A DNA stretch of 64,000 bases from NCBI GenBank assembly GCA_963793865.1, contig CAWCBP010000001.1:640001-704000 (forward strand), given 5' to 3'. The stretch's first letter is position 1. Each line of letters opens with the position of its first letter. The DNA comes from an uncultured delta proteobacterium. GTDB taxonomy: Bacteria > Desulfobacterota > WTBG01. The translations under genes and the position numbers were made by a program. The notes beneath the pieces are model-generated. The model was not told the DNA's origin. It did not search any database and was given only the letters and a program-made list of their open reading frames with translations. Shown piece after piece: positions 18,739 through 29,171 of the stretch.

Positions 18739-19580
18739 GTTTCCACCACCACTTCGATGTCATCTGCGACAAACTCGCGCAGTTTGGCCTGCACCAGGCC
18801 TTTGAGGGTGAACCCGGAGCTGGGGCAGGCGGTGCATGCGCCCCGCAGCGTTACCATAACCTTTGAACCCTCTATGTCGATGAGGTCAATGTCGCCGCCG
18901 TCGGTTCTCAGCGCGGGGCGGATTTCCCGCTCAATGGTTTCTTCGATCAGCTTCATGCGCTGTATGTTGCTCAAGGCACGCTTGTGCGGCTTCTGCTGTT
19001 GCGCCGGCACCTGCTTGGCCTGACCATGAACGGAAGCAATGATTGATTCAATTTTGGGATGGCAGGACTCGCAGCCGCCGCCCGCCTTTGTGTAATGGGT
19101 AACATCGGCAACGGTGGTAAGGTTGTTCTCACGGATCACCCGCTCGATGTCCCGGTCGGTGATGCCGAAGCATTTGCAAACCACCTCGCCCTCAAGCTGT
19201 TTTTTAATGTCAATGCCCCTGGAATAGGCAATGGCGGCTTCCAGCGCCTCACGCCCCATCACCGAGCAGTGCATCTTTTCTTCAGGCATGCCGCCCAGGT
19301 AATCGGCAATATCGCGATTGGTAATCTGCAGGGCCTCCTCGGGTGTTTTGCCGATTACCATCTCGGTCAGGGCGGATGCTGATGCGATGGCGCTGGCGCA
19401 GCCGAAGGTTTGAAACTTGGCCTCCTTAATTCTTTTGTTCTCGTCGAGCTTGAACATGAATTTCAGCGCGTCACCGCAGGCAAGGGAGCCCATCTCGCCG
19501 ATGCCGTCGGGATTTTCAATCTCTCCCACATTACGGGGGTTGGTAAAGTATTCCTTTAGTTTTTCCGTGTAGTTCCACAT
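18735..19580 (-). CDS. nifU: Fe-S cluster assembly scaffold NifU (three-domain)
   Basis: ACGD/FGC/MHC IscU domain, CKC...GGGCESC Fer2_BFD domain, DGGD...GACTAC NifU-C domain. Confidence 0.95.
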   Translation of the reverse strand: MWNYTEKLKEYFTNPRNVGEIENPDGIGEMGSLACGDALKFMFKLDENKRIKEAKFQTFGCASAIASASALTEMVIGKTPEEALQITNRDIADYLGGMPEEKMHCSVMGREALEAAIAYSRGIDIKKQLEGEVVCKCFGITDRDIERVIRENNLTTVADVTHYTKAGGGCESCHPKIESIIASVHGQAKQVPAQQQKPHKRALSNIQRMKLIEETIEREIRPALRTDGGDIDLIDIEGSKVMVTLRGACTACPSSGFTLKGLVQAKLREFVADDIEVVVET

Positions 19581-19688
19581 GGCTGTGTTCCTCGGTGATA
19601 GGAAAAAGGATACAAACTGCCTCTACAGTGTTGCGTCACACGTGCCCCGGTGAGCGGCACCCGGTATGATCCGGCCCATGCGCCCGGT

Positions 19689-20087
19689 TCAGGAAAGCAG
19701 CGCTTTCTGAGGTATCCGCAAGCAATCCGGACAGGTGCCTTTGAACTCCATCTGATGGCCGGATATTTTATAGCCCTTGGCGGCTTCAACCTGAGGTATG
19801 AGGTCCGGGCTGAGCGCACAGGTAACGTCTTCAAGCTTTCCGCATTCCAGGCATACTATGTGGTGGTGAAATTCCGTGTTCCCGTCGTATCGGGCGGTGT
19901 TTTTTCCGAACTTGAGCTCCCGGATTTTCCCCGTCTCTTTGAGAATGTTTAAATTGCGGTAGACGGTTCCAAGGCTTATGTTGGGACACTTCTCCTTTAC
20001 CCTGTCAAAAATCCATGCCGCTGTCGGATGACAGGTGGTTTCTTGCAATGTTTCTATGATGTGAGACCGCTGACGTGTTGAGCGCAT
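19689..20087 (-). CDS. perR: Fur-family transcriptional repressor, PerR-like
   Basis: HPTA, SLGTVYRNL, HHHIVCLECG, CPDC; heads oxidative-stress genes; the PerR rather than Fur call is inferred. Confidence 0.75.
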   Translation of the reverse strand: MRSTRQRSHIIETLQETTCHPTAAWIFDRVKEKCPNISLGTVYRNLNILKETGKIRELKFGKNTARYDGNTEFHHHIVCLECGKLEDVTCALSPDLIPQVEAAKGYKISGHQMEFKGTCPDCLRIPQKALLS

Positions 20088-20162
20088 TTTTAATACTATG
20101 TTAGATATTGTCGTTTTGTCAATCTGATTCAGGGTGATCGCAAGGATACCTTAAAAATGTCA

Positions 20163-20181
20163 AACAATAATGATTATTGTT
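20163..20181. promoter_or_regulatory. PerR/Fur-type operator (perfect 9-1-9 palindrome)
   Basis: AACAATAAT-G-ATTATTGTT upstream of the regulator. Confidence 0.75.
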
Positions 20182-20192
20182 CCTGCTGTCAA
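20164..20192 (-). promoter_or_regulatory. Sigma70-type promoter overlapping the operator
   Basis: TTGACA (20192-20187), 17 nt, TATTGT (20169-20164). Confidence 0.55.
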
Positions 20193-20276
20193 GTGATTAT
20201 TACTAATGACGCACCGACCGTATTGTTTTAAAACAAAAAAATGTTTATCGTTGGGACTCAATTTTGTTTAATTTTC

Positions 20277-20306
20277 TTGACACGATTTTACCTTGCAGGA
20301 TATTAT
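20277..20306 (+). promoter_or_regulatory. Sigma70-type promoter for the porin gene
   Basis: TTGACA, 18 nt, TATTAT. Confidence 0.45.
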
Positions 20307-20366
20307 GCGGCAATTTTCCGGGTCAGCCAGTAGCTAATTACATGAAATTGATGATGAGGAGGGTAT

Positions 20367-21701
20367 ATGAAGAAGCAGATTCTTTTATTGGTCGGTGCAA
20401 TGCTGTTTATACTGTGTGCGAATGTATACGCGGCTGATACAGAGGTCGAAAGCCTCAAGCAGGAGCTCAATTCGCTCAAGAACCAGGTTGATGAGTTGAA
20501 GGCAATTCTTAAACAGCAGCAGCAGATGATAGAGGAGGAGGCAAAGCGGCCGGAAAAAGCGGCGGCGGCAAAAGAGGAAAAAAAGGAATCGCCGATCATC
20601 AGCAGCTTCAAGTTCAAGCCCTACGGCTATATCAAGCTGGATGCCGCCTATGATGACAGCAGGACCAACTACGGAAACTTTGTTTTATACGTTCCCAATG
20701 AATCTCAGCATAAAAATGACAACGAATATAACATGACTGCCAAGCAGACCCGATTGGGCCTCGATATCATGGCGCCGGAGATCTACGACTGGCAGGCATG
20801 GGGCAGGATTGAATTTGACTTCTACGGAGATGGCGCCACTCACGAGAATAAGGCCGGTGTGCTGCTCCGCCACGCCTTTTTAGAATTGAAGAGAGGCAAC
20901 TTCAGCCTTCTGGCGGGCCAGACATCAGACCTGATTGCACCGCTCAATATCGATACGCTCAATTATACGGTCGGGTGGTCGGTAGGCAATATCGGATACC
21001 GGCGGCCTCAATTGCGCGGTACCTACACCTATCCCCTGACCAAGACCACCAAGATTATTTCCGCCCTTGCGCTCGCCAGATCAACGGGAACGGTGAATGA
21101 GGACCTGGACCTGGATCTGAAAAATGATGGTGAGGATGCCGGCTTTCCCACCGTTCAGGGAAGGCTTGCCCTGGCCACGAAACTGTTAACCTCCAATCCC
21201 ACGGTCTTCGGCATCTCCGGGCATTATGGAGAGGAGGAGATTGACTGGCAGGTGAAACCGGCGACGACAAGAAACCGGCAGGACCGGGTCAAGTCCTGGT
21301 CGATAGTCGCTGATGGTGACCTTCCGTTGACCCCAAAGCTTTCCGTGAAAGGGGAGTTCTTTACCGGCTACAACCTCGATGATTACTTCGGCGGCATTCT
21401 CCAGGGTGTTAATCCCACCACCCGGGATGTGATCAAATCAATGGGGGGCTGGATGCAGCTCTCGTACAAACACAATGACAAATGGAACTACCGGCTCGGA
21501 TTCGGCATAGATGATCCGGAGGAAAAGGATCTCTCAAAGAGCATGAGAAGCCGGAACAGCTTTTATTTCGGCAATATTGTGTACAGCCTGATTCCCCCGG
21601 TTGATATCGGGCTTGAATACAGTTACTGGGAGACCGATCATGCGGGTCTCAGCGCCGGCACCGATAACCGCATACAGACTTCTATTATCTACAAGTGGTA
21701 G
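20367..21701 (+). CDS. Outer-membrane porin, DcaP-like, with N-terminal coiled coil
   Basis: Signal peptide, coiled coil, YGYIKLD, QTRLG, IEFDF, LRHAF, LLAGQT, C-terminal YKW. Confidence 0.75.
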   Translation: MKKQILLLVGAMLFILCANVYAADTEVESLKQELNSLKNQVDELKAILKQQQQMIEEEAKRPEKAAAAKEEKKESPIISSFKFKPYGYIKLDAAYDDSRTNYGNFVLYVPNESQHKNDNEYNMTAKQTRLGLDIMAPEIYDWQAWGRIEFDFYGDGATHENKAGVLLRHAFLELKRGNFSLLAGQTSDLIAPLNIDTLNYTVGWSVGNIGYRRPQLRGTYTYPLTKTTKIISALALARSTGTVNEDLDLDLKNDGEDAGFPTVQGRLALATKLLTSNPTVFGISGHYGEEEIDWQVKPATTRNRQDRVKSWSIVADGDLPLTPKLSVKGEFFTGYNLDDYFGGILQGVNPTTRDVIKSMGGWMQLSYKHNDKWNYRLGFGIDDPEEKDLSKSMRSRNSFYFGNIVYSLIPPVDIGLEYSYWETDHAGLSAGTDNRIQTSIIYKW

Positions 21702-21800
21702 CAGGCGTGAAGCGGAGGGGTAAGAAAGGCACCACCTAGCAGTTCTCGTCTGCCATGATGTGTGATTGCGTGCATGGCCGTCAGGGAAAGGGGTTCGTCC

Positions 21801-22268
21801 ATGAAGCAGCTCAGCATGGAAGAGGTCATTGATCGGGCAATTCAAAGGGAAGAAGATTCATATGCGCTGTATGAAAAGCTGACCGGTGTCATTCAGGATG
21901 CCGCCTCTCGCGACACACTGCATTTTATGGCGGGGGAGGAGCTGAAACACAAAGCGGCGCTGCAGCGCTATAAGAGCGGGGAAATGGGGAAAGCGGTGCT
22001 TTCCATGACAACCGTTGCCGATGCGCGGGTGGTGGAGGCGCTGGGAGCACCGGACATGTCCGGACCGCTGCAGCATAAGGACATTTTTCTGTTTGCCGCC
22101 GGCCGGGAAAAGGCGTCCCATGAATTCTACCAGCGTCTGGCGGAGGTGCAGCCCCCCGGCGATCTGCAAACAATGCTCTACTCGTTTGCCGGGGAAGAGC
22201 TGCGCCACAAGGAAAAGGTGGAATACCTTTACTGCAATGCTGCATTTCCCCAGACTGACGGCGGATGA
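21801..22268 (+). CDS. Ferritin-like / rubrerythrin diiron domain protein
   Basis: AIQREEDS..Y, EELKH, REKAS.EFY, EELRH. Confidence 0.85.
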   Translation: MKQLSMEEVIDRAIQREEDSYALYEKLTGVIQDAASRDTLHFMAGEELKHKAALQRYKSGEMGKAVLSMTTVADARVVEALGAPDMSGPLQHKDIFLFAAGREKASHEFYQRLAEVQPPGDLQTMLYSFAGEELRHKEKVEYLYCNAAFPQTDGG

Positions 22269-22389
22269 TGATCGGGGATTGACTGGTTGACGATCAGGGA
22301 CAGGAAAAGCTGCCCGTCGGGACAATCCCGCAGCGTGCAGGAGCAGAAGGGCTCGGCCGGTTGCACTGCACAGTGCCCCGCAAGGCAGA

Positions 22390-22572
22390 TCAATCCGCCA
22401 GGATGGCCAGCACGCCGTGCAGGGTGGCGGTTACCGCAAGCAGTATACCCGTCTTTTTGTGGGTCGCGAATGATATTCCCGCCCATCGCAACCCTCCCGC
22501 AAGCTGCATGAACACCAGCAGACCGTTTACGATTCCCAGGATAAAAATAAGAGAGATGCCGCCTATAGCCAT
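22390..22572 (-). CDS. Small two-TM membrane protein with two His
   Basis: AGGAGG RBS; MAIGGISLIFILG...THKKTGILLAVTATLHGVLAILAD. Confidence 0.6.
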   Translation of the reverse strand: MAIGGISLIFILGIVNGLLVFMQLAGGLRWAGISFATHKKTGILLAVTATLHGVLAILAD

Positions 22573-22588
22573 GCGAGTATTCCTCCTG

Positions 22589-22996
22589 TCACTCGGCGGC
22601 AGGGGCAAGCGCTACGTTTGCAGTGGCGGGCCCCTTGCTGCCGTGCATGTTGCAGTGGCCTTCAGCCTTTAATTCCAGAGCTTCATTCACCACAAACTTA
22701 ATTTCCCTGGTAAAGACATTGCTCTCGGGCTTATGCATCCGGGTGTAATCCCATCGCGCTATTTCTGTGCCGTTAACCATGATACGCAGCCAGTCCGTGT
22801 AGTGGAGAAAGTTGTTGGCGCTGTGGGTGGCGGTTACGCGGATGGTTATTTCAGATCCCGGAGCTGCGCTTGCGGGGGCGTTGATCGATACCGAAGTTTT
22901 ATCTGCCAGGGCGGCCGGGGGTGTGAACAAAAGCACGCAGACAATAAAAGTACAGCAACCGGTGATTCTGAACAGGGGTTTTAATGCATCAAGCAT
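22589..22996 (-). CDS. Exported desulfoferrodoxin/superoxide-reductase-like (SORL) protein
   Basis: Signal peptide; H..NNFLHYTDW and HCNMHG metal-site motifs. Confidence 0.75.
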   Translation of the reverse strand: MLDALKPLFRITGCCTFIVCVLLFTPPAALADKTSVSINAPASAAPGSEITIRVTATHSANNFLHYTDWLRIMVNGTEIARWDYTRMHKPESNVFTREIKFVVNEALELKAEGHCNMHGSKGPATANVALAPAAE

Positions 22997-23096
22997 GGTT
23001 TTAGCTCCTTTCTGCCGGCATACGGTTGACGGTCCTGAAATCGCTTCCTCGTGCGCCATTGTAACCGTCAGCATCCTCTGAGTCAAGGTTTTCTCA

Positions 23097-25225
23097 TCAT
23101 CGCTGATCATGCGCAGTGGTTACCGCCTGGAGTAAACAGAGCATTTCTCCGGCATCGGTTGTCGGTGATGAACAGGCAAAGTTGCTGCACACATAGGCCG
23201 CCGGCTTCCCCTTGATGGGAGCCATATGTTCGGTAAACGGGGCGATCCCGGCAAGTGAACGGCCCTCATCATCCTCCGTCCGGAGCAGGACAACCTTGTT
23301 GGGCAGGAACGGTTCTCTCAGTTTTTTTAAAAATTGCCGGGTTTCCGCCTGCCGGAGGCTGCCGGCAATGACCACCTCACATGATGGGCCAAGGGCAAAA
23401 TCAAATGCCGTCAGGAAATGGGTGGCCGCGGACGGGTGCTGCAGCACCACAGAAGCAAAAGCCCTCCCCATCCGGGCCGCTTTTTTCTCGAAATCAGCGT
23501 TGGCGGTCATACGTGCAAGGCGCAGCAGGTTGTGCAGGGCCACGGAATTTCCCGAAGGCAGCGCGCCGTCATAGAGCTCTTTCTGCCGCAGCAGCAATGC
23601 TTCACCGTCATCCGCAGAGAAGAAAAAACCTCCTTCGCCGGTTTCGTCCCAGAAATGTTCCAGCAGATCGCGGTTGAGCATGATGGCCGCCTGCAGATAG
23701 CGTGCCTCAAAGGTGGCCTCGTACAGATCAATCAATCCGCAGATAAAAAAGGCGTAGTCATCCAGGTTTGCCGGCACTGCGGCTTCCGCCGCCCGGTAGC
23801 GGTGCAGCAATCGACCGTTCGGCAGGCGCAGGGAGCCCAGAATGAAATCAGCCGCCTGTTGCGCCGGGCGGGCATAGGCGGGATCATCCAGCGCCTGCGA
23901 CGCCCGGGCAAGGGCGGCAATCATGAGTCCGTTCCAGTCGGTAAGAATCTTGTCATCTTTGAAGGGATGGGCCCGCATCTCCCGTGCCGGGAAGAGGCGC
24001 CTGCGTGCCGCTTCAATCATGGCACGGAGTTGTTCCTCCGGCATGCTGAGCTCGGCTGCGGCGCTTGAAAGCGTTGTGGTGAGGTGCAAAATGTTGGCGG
24101 CCGCTTGCCTGCCCGGTTGACTCATCCCTGAAATTCCCCCCCGTGGAAGCGTTAAAAATCTTCAGGAACAGTCGTGCATCGTCTGCCGGCAGCAGGCTTT
24201 CTACTTCCTCCCGGCGCCAGATGTAGAACTTTCCCTCTTCCCCTTCGCTGTCGGCGTCCTCCGCGGAATAGAACCCTCCCTGATCAGAGGTCATATCTCT
24301 CAAAACGTAGGCGATGATCTCACGCGCGGTTTGCTCAAACTCTTTGTTGCCGGTTGCCTGGAATGCCTCGGTATAGGCCATGGTGAGCAATGCCTGGTCG
24401 TAGAGCATTTTTTCGAAGTGGGGCACAAGCCATCGCTCATCGGTTGAATAGCGGTGGAATCCAAAGCCGATGTGGTCGTAAATGCCGCCCTGACGCATGG
24501 CAGTGAGGGTTTTGTGTGCCATGTCCAAGCGCGAGGGGTTCTCCGCTGCGCTTCCAATAGCGAAGCAGGAAGAGCAGATTATGGGGGGTGGGGAATTTAG
24601 GCGCGGTGCCGAACCCGCCGTAGCGCTCATCAAATCGGCCCGACAGCTGCTCATAGGCACCCGAAAGAGCTGACGGCGCAAGCGCTCCCGGAGGCTCATT
24701 CATGGCCTGCCTTTGTACAACGGAAACGATGTGATCGGCCGAAGACAGAACCTCGCCGCTTCTTTTTGTCCAGGCCTCCTCAACGGCGGGTATCAGCGAG
24801 GTCATGCCGGCTCTCCCGAATCGGCTCTCTTTGGGAATATAGGTGCCGGCAAAAAAGGGTTTTTTGTCCGGCGTCATGATAATGGTCAGCGGCCATCCTC
24901 CCGATCCGGTCATCATCTGGCAGACGGTCATGTAGAGCTTGTCAATATCAGGACGTTCTTCGCGGTCAACCTTGATGGAAATGAAGGCGTTGTTCATCAG
25001 CCCGGCTACCAGAGGATCCTCGAAGCATTCACGCTCCATGACGTGGCACCAGTGGCAGGTGGAATAACCGATGGAAAGAAAGATGGGCTTGTTTTCTGTG
25101 CGAGCCCGCTCAAATGCCTCTTCCCCCCATGGGTACCAGTCTACCGGATTATGGGCGTGCTGCAGGAGGTAGGGGCTTTTTTCGCTGAGCAGGCGGTTGC
25201 CTGCGCCGGAAGCATTCTGTATCAT
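23097..25225 (-). CDS. YyaL-like thioredoxin-domain protein (DUF255 plus alpha/alpha barrel), split by two apparent frameshifts
   Basis: [43 protein letters not shown] across three overlapping ORFs. Confidence 0.9.
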
Positions 25226-25314
25226 TGTACCGTGTGGCGGAGGTGAAGAGGGAGCGGGTGCTTATTTCATGCCGAACAGATCCGTGCCATCACGCAGGAT
25301 GACACACATAAGCG

Positions 25315-26052
25315 TCAGGGCAAAGACCCGGCCCCGGAGGGGCCGGGAACCTTTATCTCGTAGGATTGCGCCTCCATGTCCCTTTTCGGTGAACCCGGAG
25401 GCCCCGATAGCCCCTGGTATCGAACCAGGTAATGAGGGGGTGCAACGCTGTACCATGCATTCATCTTGGGAAGGAAGGTGCCCCAGAAGCCATCCAGGCC
25501 GAATTCAATCTTGTAGCAATCGATGATTTTTCCATGAGCGGTAACCGGTTCCTTTTTGCCCTTGCTTGCGCTGAAACCGAAGGTCCGCTGGCGTCCTTCT
25601 CCATAAAACCCGATTTTGACGCTCTCGAGTTCATCGAAGAGAAAGCCGCGAAAGATGTAGGTAAGGGCGGAAAAGTCCGCGAGAATGACTTCGTCCTTCC
25701 CGGGCAGCGGCTCTTCGTTCTTCACCTGCAGCCGCGAATCGAGCGTTGCGCGCGGGAATTTTCTCACGGTGTGTATGGCCTGAATGCGCATGGTTTCCTT
25801 GTCAAGGATCAGGACCCTGTCCAGCTCGGGGGAAAGGGAGGTGATTTCGTAGCGTTCCCGCCCCGCTTCAGAACGTGTAATCCTGACCGTTTCAACAACG
25901 GTCGTCGGCGCATCGTCGACCCGCGTGATGTAGGTGATGGTTTCACCATCGGGTATGCCGGGATCCTTGAAGGGGCTTGCCGGACAGGGGGTGCTGAAGC
26001 AGCATGCCATCAGAGCCGCAATGCCGGTCCTAACCCAGATTGATTGATGCAT
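25315..26052 (-). CDS. Hypothetical exported beta-rich protein (DUF3108-like)
   Basis: Signal peptide; GETITY and KEPVTAHGKIIDCYKIE...WYS pattern. Confidence 0.55.
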   Translation of the reverse strand: MHQSIWVRTGIAALMACCFSTPCPASPFKDPGIPDGETITYITRVDDAPTTVVETVRITRSEAGRERYEITSLSPELDRVLILDKETMRIQAIHTVRKFPRATLDSRLQVKNEEPLPGKDEVILADFSALTYIFRGFLFDELESVKIGFYGEGRQRTFGFSASKGKKEPVTAHGKIIDCYKIEFGLDGFWGTFLPKMNAWYSVAPPHYLVRYQGLSGPPGSPKRDMEAQSYEIKVPGPSGAGSLP

Positions 26053-26121
26053 GCGGTTCTCCCGTGCAGTCAGGGGTTGGAGTTTCATCGAACGGATGCC
26101 GCCGGGCAGCGTCAGGGGCCT

Positions 26122-26823
26122 TCAGCGGAAGGTGCGCTTCATCGCTTTCCGGCTGAGCCACCCGCCCGCAATAAGCAGCGCAAGTGCGGTGAGTGCGCAG
26201 GCGATGATCTGCCCGGGAACAGGATTACCCAACGTGCTCTTGATCTGAGTGCCGGCAAGAGTCATGACAATCAGGGCGGGGGAAATGCCGGTAACCGTTG
26301 CCGCGGTATAGGTCCGGAAATTGATTGGTGATGCGCCCGAGATGAGGTTAACCAGGAAAAAGGGGGCGACCGGCAGCAGGCGCAGCATGGCAACGGTTAC
26401 AAATCCGTGGCGGGCAAGCCGGCCGCTTATCTGCCGCACGCGGTTTCCTGCATAATGGTGTATGGTGTCGTGGCCGAGAAGGTGCCCGAGGGCGTAAAGC
26501 ACCGAGGCGTTTGCCATCAGGCCGCAGAGCGAATAGAGCAAACCCGGCAGCGGGCCGAAAAGCATGGCCGTGGCGGGGATAAGAATAATCACCGGAAAGG
26601 CAAACAATCCTGACAGGGTATAAAACGCGATCACATAAAGCGGTGCCAGGGGATCGCTTCTCAGCTGCGCTGAAACGCCGTAAAGATTTTCCCCGGCCAG
26701 CCAGCCGTCAAGCGGCAGGAAGCGCCAGGCGAGTGCGAGCACGCAGAGCAGCGCGATGAAGATGCCTGCGATGAGAGCCGAATGCCGCGAAGGTTGTCGT
26801 TGTTCTTGCGATGCGTGCTGCAT
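26122..26823 (-). CDS. TVP38/TMEM64 (DedA/VTT) membrane protein
   Basis: LFGPLPG, LRLLPVAPFFLVN, ATVTGISP; start uncertain (26823 or 26898). Confidence 0.88.
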   Translation of the reverse strand: MQHASQEQRQPSRHSALIAGIFIALLCVLALAWRFLPLDGWLAGENLYGVSAQLRSDPLAPLYVIAFYTLSGLFAFPVIILIPATAMLFGPLPGLLYSLCGLMANASVLYALGHLLGHDTIHHYAGNRVRQISGRLARHGFVTVAMLRLLPVAPFFLVNLISGASPINFRTYTAATVTGISPALIVMTLAGTQIKSTLGNPVPGQIIACALTALALLIAGGWLSRKAMKRTFR

Positions 26824-27062
26824 TAGGACCTGTAAAGAGGTGGATGTAGATGGCTCAAGCAGAAAAGCACTCGGGATATGCGCTGCAACGGTGATCATGA
26901 AAAACTGCTGAACAGTTTACAGGATATCGCTTTTCATTTCAAATTAATAATGATTGCTTTTCTAAAACAGCCGGACCTGCACGGCTGATCATCAATTGCG
27001 GCATTCAGTTTTAGCTTGCCAGAGCGTGTGCGGCATGCAACAATATCGAGGCGATAAAGAAG

Positions 27063-27722
27063 ATGCGAGCAGGTTTCATTTCGTGGCGGAGGAATGATCC
27101 AATAAATGATGACCTATTGTTTGCAATGCTGTCGTACCTCTACGGTTCAATCCCCTTTGGTTATATAGCCACATCCATACTGACAGGTGAAAAGCTCACC
27201 CAAAAGGGGACCGGCAATGTAGGCGTGACCAATGCCTTTAAAGTCGGGGGAACGGCTGCAGGGATTATCACCGTTGCGGGTGAGATTTCCAAGGCCGTTG
27301 TTCCCATAACCACCGCGCGGTGGCTGTTTCCGGATAACCTTTTTACCGTCTTGCTGCTTGTTTTCAGCTCTCTGGCCGGGACCTGCTTCTCGGTCTTCCT
27401 TAAAGGCAAAGGCGGCAAGGGCAGTACGACTGCACTCTGGAGCGTGCTGCTTCTTTCCCCATGGTCGTGCCTGCTGCTGGTGGTTACCGCCGTGATTCTT
27501 TCCCTGCTTGCCCGCATCACCATTCAGGTGAAAAAACTGCAGCTCCTGTTTATACCCTGCATCATCCACCTGGTTGAGCGTGATGTTCTTTTTACCTGCT
27601 TCGGCCTGCTGACCAGCCTCCTGTTCGCCTACAATATCTATTATCGCAAGGATGATTTCGCCTATTACAATGTCTTTCAGCAGAAGCCGGACCTCAAGGA
27701 TAACGGTTCAATCGACCAATAA
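27063..27722 (+). CDS. PlsY-like glycerol-3-phosphate acyltransferase family protein (divergent)
   Basis: YLYGSIPFG, GTGNVGVTNA, KGGKG motifs. Confidence 0.78.
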   Translation: MRAGFISWRRNDPINDDLLFAMLSYLYGSIPFGYIATSILTGEKLTQKGTGNVGVTNAFKVGGTAAGIITVAGEISKAVVPITTARWLFPDNLFTVLLLVFSSLAGTCFSVFLKGKGGKGSTTALWSVLLLSPWSCLLLVVTAVILSLLARITIQVKKLQLLFIPCIIHLVERDVLFTCFGLLTSLLFAYNIYYRKDDFAYYNVFQQKPDLKDNGSIDQ

Positions 27723-27803
27723 AGCGAAAGGCAAATCCCGGTTTCAAACAAAGGATGTATTCTTATAATGCTGTGCGGATTTAACCACAGGAGGTGAATA
27801 ACC

Positions 27804-28256
27804 GTGAGCCACGCTCTATTGTTCTCCTTGATCATGCTGCTCATCTTGTCTGAGTCTCCTTCAGCGGAAGATACTCTTGCCGCAACCAATCAAACGGGAA
27901 CCATTACCGTGAGGCTAACAGGATTTGAGAATGACAAGGAAGAGGTTAAACTCTGCGTCTGCAGATCTGAAGGGGAGTATACGGGCAAGGTGAAGGAATA
28001 CCGCACTGCCTCTGCGGCAATCTCAAACAAACAGGCTGTCAGGGTATTTGAAGAGATGCCCTACGGCTCTTACAGCATCAAGGCCTTTCATGATCAAAAC
28101 GGAAACAACAGGCTGGATACTAATTTTATGGGTAAGCCGACTGAACGCTATGGATTCTCCAACCATGCCGATGGACGTTTCGGACCGCCCCCTTTCTCCC
28201 AAACGGTCATTACGCTCAATTCGCCGGTGACAGAAATAGAGATACACTTACAATAG
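27804..28256 (+). CDS. DUF2141 family exported protein
   Basis: GSYSIKAFHDQNGNNRLDTNFMGKPTERYGFSN. Confidence 0.88.
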   Translation: MSHALLFSLIMLLILSESPSAEDTLAATNQTGTITVRLTGFENDKEEVKLCVCRSEGEYTGKVKEYRTASAAISNKQAVRVFEEMPYGSYSIKAFHDQNGNNRLDTNFMGKPTERYGFSNHADGRFGPPPFSQTVITLNSPVTEIEIHLQ

Positions 28257-28410
28257 AAATCCTCGTGCCATGCCCGATGCAGGTGAAAGCGATGCGGTTG
28301 GTCATGAGGAGGCCGCCGAAACAAACAGACATCTCCGCGACGTATGATGCAAGTGCCGTCCCATTCCGGAATTCGGGAACCGCCATGTGTCGGCTTGTGC
28401 GCGCCATGAC

Positions 28411-28440
28411 AAAAAGACCCCGTCCTCGCGGACGGGGTCT
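28411..28440 (-). terminator. Intrinsic terminator
   Basis: AGACCCCGTCC-GCGA-GGACGGGGTCT-TTTT on the minus strand. Confidence 0.7.
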
Positions 28441-28475
28441 CGGATAAAGGAACATATGTAAACGCGGTCTCTTTT

Positions 28476-28928
28476 TTACTCCTCGGCGGTAATGCTGCCG
28501 GTTGCGATCTGTTCGCTTGCCTTGTCCTGCACGGTGATAAGGCGCTTCACTTCGTATTTGTATGTGCCATGATAGATAAAGCAGAGGCTGGCAGTGCCGC
28601 CCTGGGGTATTGCAGCCGTCTCGTAATTGCCCCATAAATCAGCGTAGAAATTTACCGGCGCTTTGCACGCGATGCCCAGTTTGTCCAGAAACTTGATGGT
28701 GACCGGGCCTGATTCGTTGTTCAGGAAGACGATGGTGGTGCCGATCTTCACCTTCAGGTTAAGGGGAGTGATGCTGTCGGGCTCATGCTTCAGGATAATG
28801 GTGCTGATGGGCTCGGCCGCCGGCTTTTCTTCCGCGCAGGTAATCCCGGGATATGCGAGAAGAACCATTGCTGCCAGCAGACATGCCGTAAACAGGGTGC
28901 ATAACGTTCGTTGGGTACGGGTCAACAT
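28476..28928 (-). CDS. Exported cupredoxin-fold-like protein
   Basis: Signal peptide; P.NLKVKIGTTIVF.N and GTYKYEV patterns; no canonical type-1 Cu ligand loop. Confidence 0.6.
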   Translation of the reverse strand: MLTRTQRTLCTLFTACLLAAMVLLAYPGITCAEEKPAAEPISTIILKHEPDSITPLNLKVKIGTTIVFLNNESGPVTIKFLDKLGIACKAPVNFYADLWGNYETAAIPQGGTASLCFIYHGTYKYEVKRLITVQDKASEQIATGSITAEE

Positions 28929-29171
28929 GCTGTCTCCTTTCTTGTGGGGGATTGTGCCTTAAGGCAAAGTTACATTGTGGATTGCGAATTTGATTTCTTG
29001 TTCTGCACACTACATCATGCCGCCTTATACCGCACGTTTGTACAATTACTGAGCATGCTTGTCAATAGAAATTTTGACTTGCTTTAGATGATCCGGCATG
29101 TAAAAATGCGGCCATGAGGGAAGGGTTCATTCGAACAGCGGTTGCGGGTGCCCATGCAGGAGGAGGTGCCG

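Noticed and set aside
17581..19580. Nitrogen fixation cluster
   Set aside because: No nifHDK; NifSU act as general Fe-S machinery in many anaerobes
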